Source of the DNA: Marinobacter sp.
Lineage (GTDB): Bacteria > Pseudomonadota > Gammaproteobacteria > Pseudomonadales > Oleiphilaceae
Length of the DNA: 64,000 nt
NCBI RefSeq assembly: GCF_046484525.1
Contig: NZ_JAWOIS010000030.1
Location: 69,118-133,117 of the forward strand
Direction of reading: 5' to 3'
Made by a program: the position numbers and the translations under genes. The notes beneath the pieces were generated by a model. The model saw only the letters and a program-made list of their open reading frames with translations. It did not search any database and was not told where the DNA came from. Of the stretch, positions 48,393-56,336 are shown one piece after another (the first letter of the stretch is position 1; every line of letters starts with the position of its first letter).

Positions 48393-49604
48393 ATGGACTT
48401 CAACATCTCCGAAAAAGGCCGGGATTATCTGAACCGCGTGAAGCAATTCATGAAGGACGAGATTTACCCGATCGAAGAGCAGTACCACAGGGAACTGATG
48501 TCCCTGGAAAACCGCTGGGTGGTTCTACCGATTATCAAGGAGTTGAAGGAGAAGGCCAGGGCCCGGGGTCTGTGGAACATGTTCTTCCCGGATGAGAAAT
48601 ACGGCTGTGGCCTGCTCAACTCCGACTATGCCCTGATTGCAGAGGAAACCGGGCGGAGCTTCATTGCCCCGGAGATCTTCAACTGCAACGCCCCGGATAC
48701 CGGCAACATGGAAGTGTTGATTCACTATGGCTCCGACGAGCAGAAAGCCGAGTGGTTGCCCAGGCTGTTGAGTGGTGAGATTCGTTCTGCATTCTGCATG
48801 ACCGAGCCGGCTGTGGCCTCATCCGACGCCACCAACATGGAAGCCACCGCCATTGTCGAGGGTGATGAAGTGGTACTCAACGGCCGCAAGTGGTGGAGTA
48901 CCGGTATTGGTCACCCGGACTGCAAAGTGGGTATCTTCATGGGTCTGACAGATCCCGATGCCCATAAGCATCGCCAGCATTCCATGGTGCTGGTGCCGCT
49001 GGAAACTTCGGGGGTGAAGATCGAGCGTATGTTGCCGGTGTTTGGCGCCTACGATGAGCCCTACGGCCACGGTGAGGTGCTGTTCGATAATGTCCGCCTG
49101 CCCAAGAGCGCGATCATCGCCGGCCCGGGTCGCGGCTTCGAAATTGCCCAGGGCCGCCTGGGGCCGGGACGCGTACACCATTGCATGCGGGCCATCGGTG
49201 CGGCGGAGCGTACGCTGGAATTATTGATCAAGCGGGCTACCACACGGGAAGCTTTCGGCCGGCCCATCGCCAAGCTGGGCGGCAACCCGGACATTATTGC
49301 CAATGCTCGTATGTCTATCGAGCAGGCGCGTCTGTTGACCCTCAAGTGTGCCTGGGCGCTGGATACCAAGGGCATCATGGGGGCGCTGCAGGAGGTTTCC
49401 ATGATCAAGGCGGTGGTTCCGCAGATGTTGCAGACCATTGTCGATCAGGCCATTCAGATTCATGGTGGTGCCGGTGTCAGCGATGATGACTTCCCGTTGA
49501 CCCAGTTGTTTGCCTATGCTCGGGTATTGCGGTTGGCGGATGGGCCTGACGAGGTCCATCGGGCTATGGTGGCTCGGCTTGAGCTTCGGAAGTACAAGTC
49601 CTGA
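48393..49604 (+). CDS. Acyl-CoA dehydrogenase, ACAD10/ACAD11 (FadE2-like) type
   Basis: 403 aa with LWNMFFPDEKYG, CMTEPAVASSDATN and IHGGAGVSDD, plus the C-terminal catalytic region RLADGPDEVH. Confidence 0.88.
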   Translation: MDFNISEKGRDYLNRVKQFMKDEIYPIEEQYHRELMSLENRWVVLPIIKELKEKARARGLWNMFFPDEKYGCGLLNSDYALIAEETGRSFIAPEIFNCNAPDTGNMEVLIHYGSDEQKAEWLPRLLSGEIRSAFCMTEPAVASSDATNMEATAIVEGDEVVLNGRKWWSTGIGHPDCKVGIFMGLTDPDAHKHRQHSMVLVPLETSGVKIERMLPVFGAYDEPYGHGEVLFDNVRLPKSAIIAGPGRGFEIAQGRLGPGRVHHCMRAIGAAERTLELLIKRATTREAFGRPIAKLGGNPDIIANARMSIEQARLLTLKCAWALDTKGIMGALQEVSMIKAVVPQMLQTIVDQAIQIHGGAGVSDDDFPLTQLFAYARVLRLADGPDEVHRAMVARLELRKYKS

Positions 49605-49630
49605 GCCGTGGGCCTCTAATTCAGGTGCCG

Positions 49631-49745
49631 GGGAGCAGGTGGGATAAGCTTTCTGAAACCCGCTCCTTCGGCACGTCCATGTGACGCTTGAGCTCCGCCA
49701 TCCATGGCTCCGCACAGTTTCAGAAAGCTTATCCCACCTGCTCCC
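49631..49745. repeat. Perfect 29-bp inverted repeat with 57-nt spacer (115-nt element)
   Basis: The left arm gggagcaggtgggataagctttctgaaac (49631-49659) and the right arm gtttcagaaagcttatcccacctgctccc (49717-49745) are exact reverse complements. The element lies in the 250-nt gap between the ACAD and SDR genes. Confidence 0.9.
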
Positions 49746-49854
49746 TCGAACTATTGGAGCTGGATTTTCGGACAGCTTACTGAAAAGTCTGGCAGCGGCT
49801 CTTGCTCCGTAACAAAAAGAACTCGAACTCCAAATTCAGTAGAGAGAAGCAACG

Positions 49855-50676
49855 ATGACACAGAGAGTATTCATTACAGGCGGTGCCTCCGGTCTAGGTC
49901 GGGCAATCGCGCTTCGTTACGCCAAAGAAGGCGCCAGGGTCTGCATCGGGGACATCAACCCGGAGCAGGGTGTGGCCGTCGAGCAGGAAATCAATAAGGA
50001 CGGTGGCGAAGGCTACTTTGTCGAATGCGATGTGCGCCGGCTGACGGACTTCGAGAAGGTCCGGGATGACCTGGTCAAGAAATGGGGTGGTGTGGACGTT
50101 GTCGTGAACAACGCCGGTGTTGCCTCTGCCGGGTCTATTGAGAACACCACTATGTCCGACTGGGAGTGGATCCTGGATATCAACGTGCTGGGCGTGGTGC
50201 GTGGTTGTAAGGCCTTTACGCCGCTGTTCAAAGAGCAGGGCTCCGGGGCCTTTGTGAACGTGGCTTCCATGGCCGGGCTGATGCTTGCGCCGTTGATGGA
50301 CAGCTACAATGTCTCCAAGGCCGGGGTGATCGCCTTGTCCGAGACCCTGAGTCAGGAGCTGAGGGACGCTGGCATCCACGTCAGCTGCGTGTGCCCGGCG
50401 TTCTTCCAGACCAATCTGGCCAATACCATGCGCTCGGACATTCCCGGCATCCAGCAGAACGTAAACAAGCTGATGAAGCGCTCCGGCATTACGGCCGAGG
50501 ACGTTGCCGAGGATATTTTCCGGAGCGTGAAGGACAAGAGCTTCTGGGTGCTACCGCATGCCAAAGAGCGCCGGATGTGGGTGTTGAAGCGCCACGCGCC
50601 CTGGGCCTTTGACTGGCTGATGCACCAGGAGAGCAAGCGCTGGATGAACAAGATGGGCGGCAAGGCCAACGCCTGA
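49855..50676 (+). CDS. Short-chain dehydrogenase/reductase (SDR)
   Basis: 273 aa with the cofactor motif ITGGASGLGRA, NNAG and the catalytic YNVSKAG. Confidence 0.9.
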   Translation: MTQRVFITGGASGLGRAIALRYAKEGARVCIGDINPEQGVAVEQEINKDGGEGYFVECDVRRLTDFEKVRDDLVKKWGGVDVVVNNAGVASAGSIENTTMSDWEWILDINVLGVVRGCKAFTPLFKEQGSGAFVNVASMAGLMLAPLMDSYNVSKAGVIALSETLSQELRDAGIHVSCVCPAFFQTNLANTMRSDIPGIQQNVNKLMKRSGITAEDVAEDIFRSVKDKSFWVLPHAKERRMWVLKRHAPWAFDWLMHQESKRWMNKMGGKANA

Positions 50677-50706
50677 GTGGCCGGAACAGACCACAGGAGA
50701 ACCTGA

Positions 50707-51771
50707 ATGACACAGATCGACGAGGCGGTGGATATCCGCGAAGGCGAAGAGCTGGACGTAGCCGCTGTTGACCGATTCCTGAAGCAGGCGATTCCGGGGC
50801 TGGAGGGGCAGCCCTCGATCAAGCAATACCCCGGTGGCGCCTCCAACCTGACCTATCAGGTGGATTACGGCGACCAGTCCTACGTGCTGCGTCGGCCGCC
50901 GTTCGGCAAGATCGCCAAGTCGGCCCACGACATGCTCCGGGAAGCGCGGGTCATGCAGGCGCTGAAGCCGGTATACCCTTACGTGCCGAATATCGTAACC
51001 ATCTGCGACGATCATGACGTTCTCGGTTGTGATTTCTACGTTATGGAGCGCCTGAAGGGCATCATCCTGCGGCAGGACTTCCCGAAGGATTTCGAGCTGA
51101 GCGAGTCCGATACCCGCAAGCTTTGCCTCAATGTGATCGACAAACTGGTGGATCTGCACCTGGTGGACGCCAATGCCGCAGGTCTGGACAAGCTGGGCAA
51201 GGGCGCCGGTTACGTGCAGCGCCAGATCGGTGGTTGGAGCGACCGGTTCCGCAAGGCCCGGACTGACGATGTGGGTGATTTCGAGGCGGTGATGAGCTGG
51301 CTCAATGACAAGATGCCGGAAGACATTGCCCAGGTTGTGATTCATAACGATTTCCGCTTCGACAACGTGGTGCTGAACCCGGACAACCCCTTTGAAGTGA
51401 TCGGTGTGCTGGATTGGGAAATGGCTACCATCGGCGATCCGCTTATGGATCTGGGTAACAGCCTGGCCTACTGGATCGAGGCGGACGACGAGGGTCCGTT
51501 CCAGATGCTTCGGCGTCAGCCCACCCACCGGCCGGGAATGCTGACTCGCAAGGAAGTGGTGGAGTACTACATGGAAAAGTCGGGTTTCCATGCCGATAAT
51601 TTCGATTTTTACGAAATTTACGGTCTGTTTCGGCTGGCGGTGATCATCCAGCAGATTTATTACCGCTTCCACCACGGCCAGACCAGGGACAAACGTTTCG
51701 CCGCCTTCGGCCACGCCGCCAATTATTTGGAGAAGCGCTGCCAGCGGCTGATCAGCGAGAGCACTCTGTAA
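50707..51771 (+). CDS. APH-family phosphotransferase (ACAD10/11 N-terminal kinase-domain-like)
   Basis: 354 aa with YPGGASNLTYQV..YVLRRPPFG..SAHDMLREARVMQAL, the catalytic loop VIHNDFRFDNVV, and VLDWEMATIGDP. Confidence 0.85.
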   Translation: MTQIDEAVDIREGEELDVAAVDRFLKQAIPGLEGQPSIKQYPGGASNLTYQVDYGDQSYVLRRPPFGKIAKSAHDMLREARVMQALKPVYPYVPNIVTICDDHDVLGCDFYVMERLKGIILRQDFPKDFELSESDTRKLCLNVIDKLVDLHLVDANAAGLDKLGKGAGYVQRQIGGWSDRFRKARTDDVGDFEAVMSWLNDKMPEDIAQVVIHNDFRFDNVVLNPDNPFEVIGVLDWEMATIGDPLMDLGNSLAYWIEADDEGPFQMLRRQPTHRPGMLTRKEVVEYYMEKSGFHADNFDFYEIYGLFRLAVIIQQIYYRFHHGQTRDKRFAAFGHAANYLEKRCQRLISESTL

Positions 51772-52460
51772 TGGCGACTATCTATCTGATCCGGCATGGC
51801 CAGGCCAGTTTTGGCAAGGACAACTACGACCAGTTGTCTCCCAGGGGGTGGGAGCAGGGGCAGGTGCTTGGCCGCTGGCTGTCGGATAAAGTCACGCCCA
51901 ACGCGGTGTTCGGCGGCAATATGGAGCGTCACCGGGAAACAGTTGAGGCCATTGCCTCCGGATTCGGTCAGTCGTTGCCGGATATGCAGGCGGTTGAAGG
52001 ACTGAACGAATTCGATCACATGCAGGTGGTTGAGCGGCTGAAGCCGAAATGGGCGGACCGGCAGGTCATGGCTCGGGATATGGCCGCCTTTCCCAAACCC
52101 GCGCGGCTGTTCCAGCAGGTGTTCGAGGAGGCAATGGCGCGGTGGATCAGCGGTGAGTTTGACGATGAATACGCCGAGACCTGGGGCGCGTTTCAGGCAC
52201 GGGTGATTGCCGCGCTGGATGAGTTGATCGGCTACGCCGATGGTGGTGATGTGCTGGTTTCCACCTCTGGTGGCCCGATCGCTGTGATTGCCCAGCACCT
52301 ACTGGGGCTTTCCGATGAGAAAGCACTGGCGGTGAACAACGTGATCGCCAATACCAGTGTCTCTCGAATCCTCTATTCCGGCCCGCGCCGCAGCCTGGCC
52401 GTTTTCAACAACTACAGCCACCTGGAGGCGGAAGACCCCGCCCTGGTGACATTCCGATAA
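51771..52460 (+). CDS. Histidine phosphatase family protein (phosphoglycerate-mutase-like)
   Basis: 229 aa with the RHG motif IYLIRHGQASF. A TAATG overlap joins it to the kinase gene. Confidence 0.85.
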   Translation: MATIYLIRHGQASFGKDNYDQLSPRGWEQGQVLGRWLSDKVTPNAVFGGNMERHRETVEAIASGFGQSLPDMQAVEGLNEFDHMQVVERLKPKWADRQVMARDMAAFPKPARLFQQVFEEAMARWISGEFDDEYAETWGAFQARVIAALDELIGYADGGDVLVSTSGGPIAVIAQHLLGLSDEKALAVNNVIANTSVSRILYSGPRRSLAVFNNYSHLEAEDPALVTFR

Positions 52461-52476
52461 CGCATTAGGGGAATCC

Positions 52477-53247
52477 ATGAGTACCAAGAACCTGTTTGAT
52501 CTGTCCGGCAAGGTGGCCCTGGTCACCGGCGCCAGCCGCGGTATTGGCGAGAGCGTTGCCCGGACCCTGGCCCACTACGGAGCCCACGTCATTGTGAGCA
52601 GCCGCAAGATCGACGGCTGTGAGAAGGTTGCCAGCAGTATTCGGGACGAGGGCGGAAGTGCCGAAGCAGTTGCCTGCCATATCGGGGAAATGGATCAGAT
52701 CGAGGCTATCTGGGAGCATATCGAAAAGGCCCACGGTAAGCTCGACATCCTGGTCAACAATGCCGCCGCCAACCCGTATTTCGGTCCAGTGGAAGACACC
52801 GACCTCGGCGCGTTCCAGAAGACCGTGGATGTGAACATTCGCGGCTACTTCTTCATGTGCGCCCGCGGTACCCAGATGATGAAGAAACACGGTGGTGGTG
52901 CGATCGTCAACGTGGCGTCCGTCAACGGCGTGAACCCCGGCCATTTCCAGGGTATCTATTCGGTTACCAAGGCGGCGGTTATTTCCATGACCAAGTCTTT
53001 CGCCATGGAGTTGGGCCAGCAGAACATTCGCGTCAACGCTCTGCTGCCGGGCCTGACCGACACCAAGTTCGCCAGCGCCCTGACCACCAACGAGGCCATC
53101 AAGAAACAGGCCATGGCGCATATCCCGATGAAACGCGTGGCGGATCCGGACGAGATGGCGGGGACGGTGCTTTATCTGGTGTCCGGGGCGTCCAGCTACA
53201 CGACCGGTGCGTGCATTAACGCGGATGGTGGATATCTCACCATTTGA
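52477..53247 (+). CDS. Short-chain dehydrogenase/reductase (SDR)
   Basis: 256 aa with VTGASRGIGES, NNAA and YSVTKAA. Confidence 0.9.
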   Translation: MSTKNLFDLSGKVALVTGASRGIGESVARTLAHYGAHVIVSSRKIDGCEKVASSIRDEGGSAEAVACHIGEMDQIEAIWEHIEKAHGKLDILVNNAAANPYFGPVEDTDLGAFQKTVDVNIRGYFFMCARGTQMMKKHGGGAIVNVASVNGVNPGHFQGIYSVTKAAVISMTKSFAMELGQQNIRVNALLPGLTDTKFASALTTNEAIKKQAMAHIPMKRVADPDEMAGTVLYLVSGASSYTTGACINADGGYLTI

Positions 53248-53258
53248 TGCGGGAAGTC

Positions 53259-53288
53259 GGGGTCTGATGAAAGCCTTCATCTGACCCC
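53259..53288. repeat. REP-like element, copy 6 (T-T mismatch at stem position 7)
   Basis: Sequence ggggtctgatgaaagccttcatctgacccc. Confidence 0.85.
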
Positions 53289-53325
53289 TGGTTCAGGTTT
53301 CACCCCAAACTTGGGCCATGAAAAT

Positions 53326-53355
53326 GGGGTCAGATGAACAAGTTCATCAGACCCC
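53326..53355. repeat. REP-like element, copy 7 (A-A mismatch at stem position 7)
   Basis: Sequence ggggtcagatgaacaagttcatcagacccc. Confidence 0.8.
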
Positions 53356-53398
53356 GGGGGTATGCCCCCACCTTCACGCTGACCCCTCCTTCACCCCC

Positions 53399-54244
53399 TC
53401 AGGCCGGTGCACAGGTCAGCGCCCTGAAATCCCCCCGAAGCTCCGCCGCTCGCTCTTCGAGATGTGCCAGATGCGAGGGCGCGCCAGCCTCAATTAGCCC
53501 ATACATCAGATCGGCCATCGCCACCTGGCTCTCGGCCATCATCTCCTTGTAGGCGTCTCCCCGTACCTCTTCCGAGTTCACCAGCAGGTGGCGGATGCGT
53601 TCCCCGAAATCCGGCGAATCCCGGTCCTCCAATACTTCCAGCACTGCCAGTTGCCAATTCCGGCGGCCTTCTAGCCAGATTTCGGTCTGCCGTCCCCGGT
53701 TTTCCGACCACTCGCGGGCAATTCGTTGTTGCCGGTTGTTCAGGGGCCCGAGCCAGTTTTCGATACGTTCCATCGTCCGCTCCGCCCGGGCATCGGCTCG
53801 TGCCTCGGGCGAATCCAGAAGGTACTTCTCCTCCATCTCCCCATGATTCCGGGCCATGTTTCGGGCAAGTTCGTCGACCTGCTCATCGCTGAGAGAGCCG
53901 AGCAGGTTCGTGGCGGTCGGTGCAGCCTGCTCAAGTAACCCGGGCAGAAAGTCGAACAGGCGCTGCTGGTGGTAGCTGACCTTCTCACGGTCCAGATCGC
54001 CCGACCGGGTGTCCCGGACCAGTTCATCCAGCCATTGGCGATAGCGGGGCAGTTCTGCAGTGCAATGCCACTGTCGGAGGTTGTCGAGGTCCTGCGCCAG
54101 TTGCTGTTCCTGCTCGCCGGTCAGGGATATGTAGTCATCGACCCACCAGGTGACGCCCCAATCCGCGTACCGGTAAGCCGTGCGTGTTGAGCTACAGGCC
54201 GAGAGTAACGCTATTGTCAGGAGTAACACGGTTGCCTGAATCAT
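53399..54244 (-). CDS. DUF6279-like lipoprotein
   Basis: The start was chosen at MIQATVLLLTIALLSAC (lipobox LLSAC). The pattern YRYADWGVTWWVDDYISL..QWHCTAELPRY matches my recollection of the family. Confidence 0.65.
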   Translation of the reverse strand: MIQATVLLLTIALLSACSSTRTAYRYADWGVTWWVDDYISLTGEQEQQLAQDLDNLRQWHCTAELPRYRQWLDELVRDTRSGDLDREKVSYHQQRLFDFLPGLLEQAAPTATNLLGSLSDEQVDELARNMARNHGEMEEKYLLDSPEARADARAERTMERIENWLGPLNNRQQRIAREWSENRGRQTEIWLEGRRNWQLAVLEVLEDRDSPDFGERIRHLLVNSEEVRGDAYKEMMAESQVAMADLMYGLIEAGAPSHLAHLEERAAELRGDFRALTCAPA

Positions 54245-54414
54245 GGCGCCCGGTCGGCAGGCGAAAGAACTCATTGCGGTGCCTCAGCGTAAAGCCCAAT
54301 GGAAAAACATTGCATGCTCATTATCATGCAGTGTCTGTCACAGTTATTACGAATCAGGGCCTGGAACGGATGGAGCTGGCAGCAGCTCGCAACGCCCCGG
54401 CTTATGGAGATTCA

Positions 54415-54663
54415 ATGTCCAAGCAAAAGTCCGCACGTGTTTGTCAGTTTGTCTTTGCGTTTTACATGTCCGGCATCATGTCCCTGATGATGTCAGGGAT
54501 CATCACGTTTATTAACACCGGGCTCATCGAGGGCTTCCTGACGCGCTGGGGCTCTGCCTTCCTCGTGGCCTGGGGCTCGGCATTCCCGCTTGTTATTTTC
54601 GTCGCTCCGCTTGCCGGGCGGCTGACGGCACGAACACTTCGTGTGCTGGCGGATGAGAGCTAG
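54415..54663 (+). CDS. DUF2798-like small membrane protein
   Basis: 82 aa reading FAFYMSGIMSLMMSGIITFINTGL..GFLTRWGSAFLVAWGSAFPLVIFVAPL. The upstream part of the 54184 ORF overlaps the neighbouring gene and is judged non-coding. Confidence 0.6.
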   Translation: MSKQKSARVCQFVFAFYMSGIMSLMMSGIITFINTGLIEGFLTRWGSAFLVAWGSAFPLVIFVAPLAGRLTARTLRVLADES

Positions 54664-54814
54664 CTTCCCGTGCCGTAAGTCCCGTTGTCAAAAATTGTAA
54701 ATCTGTTTGTTGCACCCATCCGTAGATTGTTTTTCGTACAGTTCATGGAATGAATCTGTGCAGGTTCGAACCATCAAACCCTGTTTGCAACCTCGCAATT
54801 GAGGATGAGTGACA

Positions 54815-56281
54815 ATGAATACAAAATTTGCTTTGCCTTTGGTGGCGGCCAGCAGTGTGTTTTTGGCCGGGTGTTTCGATGGTGACAGCGATCCGGCGAA
54901 AACCAGTGTCCGGGTCATTCATGCTTCTTCCGACGCGCCGGCAGTTAATGTGCGCGTGAACAATGAAACGGTGGTCTCGGGTGCGGACTACAAGCAGGCC
55001 GCTGTACTGACTCCGAATGCCGGTATGGCCTCGATCGCGGTTGATGGCATTTTGCCGGGCGGCGATACCGTGACCGTGATTGATGCTGATGCTTCCCTGC
55101 GCTTTGATACCAGGTACGATGTGATTGCTGTGGGTAAGGTGGGGGATGGGACGATAGAGCCTTTGATCCTGACCGACGATGGCAGTCGTGACAACTCAGA
55201 CAGCGTACGTTTGCGCGTTGCACACCTTTCTCGTGACGCCCAGAACGCAGTGGGCGGTCCTGTTGAAGTGTACCTGACTGCCGCTGGCGATCCGCTTCCC
55301 GAGGAGGCATCGTTCAGTTTTTCGTTTAAGGAGAGTGTTGGACCAATTGAAGTACCCGCCGGTGATTATCAGGTGCGAGTCGCCATTCCCGGAAACTCTC
55401 CCACGGTTGTGTATGACAGTGGCACCTTACCTTTGGCTGCTGGAAGTGACTTGCTTGTGGGAGCTGTCGATAACACCAGTCCGAATACAACACCGTCTGG
55501 TGAGGATCCCGCGCTGACCGGTGATAATAGCCCGATCAGCCTCATTGCGGTGACCGGTTCCGGAGAGGTTCTCGAGTTCTTCGACCAGGCCCAGAAGGCG
55601 GGTGTGCGGGCGGTCCATAACTCTGCCGATGCGCCGGTCGTTCAGGTGCTGGTTGACGACGTGGTAGCAGAGGACAATCTGGCCTACGGTGAGGTTTCTC
55701 CAAGTGCGGCAACTAACGGTTACGCCGTTATCGATGTCGGCACACGCAACATCAAGGTGGCTCCGGCAGAGAGCACGAATCCTGTCAACGCCGCAGTGAT
55801 TGATGCTGATGTTGATTTTGCACAGGCTTCTGCAACTACGATTATTGCGGTTAATACCTTGGCTGAGATCGAGCCGCTGGTGCTGAATGACAATGTCAGG
55901 AGTATTGCTACCCAGGCCTCTCTGAGAGTGGTCCACGGCGCAGTGGAGGCCGGGACAGTTGATGTCTACCTCTTGCCGACTGCTGAGGGTGGGGCGACCG
56001 CCACGGTACTGAATACTGAGGTGAATAGTCCGACCCTGGATGACTTCGAGTTCAAGACCAACACGGGTTATCTGCCTGTTCCTGCGGGAGACTACGTGGT
56101 ATTCATTACTGATCAGAGCGGCAACCAGTTGCTGAAAACAGGTAGCGTTCCTCTTGCTGCTGCTGGCGTTTACACCGCCATTGCGCGTGCAGCGGTGGTT
56201 GGCGAATTGACCCCTGAAGGCGAGCAGAACATTGCATTTGTCACTTTGATGGATGACTTCGTTTCAGGTGAACCGCAGTAA
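54815..56281 (+). CDS. DUF4397-repeat lipoprotein
   Basis: The ATG at 54815 lies 9 nt after GAGGA. The lipobox is VFLAGC. Repeated modules (VRVIHASSDAPAVNVRV, VRAVHNSADAPVVQVLV, LRVVHGAVEAGTVDVYL) are typical of DUF4397. Confidence 0.8.
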   Translation: MNTKFALPLVAASSVFLAGCFDGDSDPAKTSVRVIHASSDAPAVNVRVNNETVVSGADYKQAAVLTPNAGMASIAVDGILPGGDTVTVIDADASLRFDTRYDVIAVGKVGDGTIEPLILTDDGSRDNSDSVRLRVAHLSRDAQNAVGGPVEVYLTAAGDPLPEEASFSFSFKESVGPIEVPAGDYQVRVAIPGNSPTVVYDSGTLPLAAGSDLLVGAVDNTSPNTTPSGEDPALTGDNSPISLIAVTGSGEVLEFFDQAQKAGVRAVHNSADAPVVQVLVDDVVAEDNLAYGEVSPSAATNGYAVIDVGTRNIKVAPAESTNPVNAAVIDADVDFAQASATTIIAVNTLAEIEPLVLNDNVRSIATQASLRVVHGAVEAGTVDVYLLPTAEGGATATVLNTEVNSPTLDDFEFKTNTGYLPVPAGDYVVFITDQSGNQLLKTGSVPLAAAGVYTAIARAAVVGELTPEGEQNIAFVTLMDDFVSGEPQ

Positions 56282-56303
56282 GTGGCCTTAGACAAGAGCA
56301 AGT

Positions 56304-56336
56304 AAAATGCCCCGGCTTCGGCCGGGGCATTTGTTT
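56304..56336. terminator. Bidirectional rho-independent terminator
   Basis: The stem aaa-atgccccggc-ttcg-gccggggcat-ttgttt lies between the convergent DUF4397 and dacB genes. Confidence 0.85.

Noticed and set aside
28515-53355. A CRISPR array formed by the repeated ggggtcagatgaa... sequences.
   Set aside because: The copies are dispersed singly or in inverted pairs over 25 kb and are internally palindromic. They are not in a regularly spaced direct-repeat array, and there are no cas genes.
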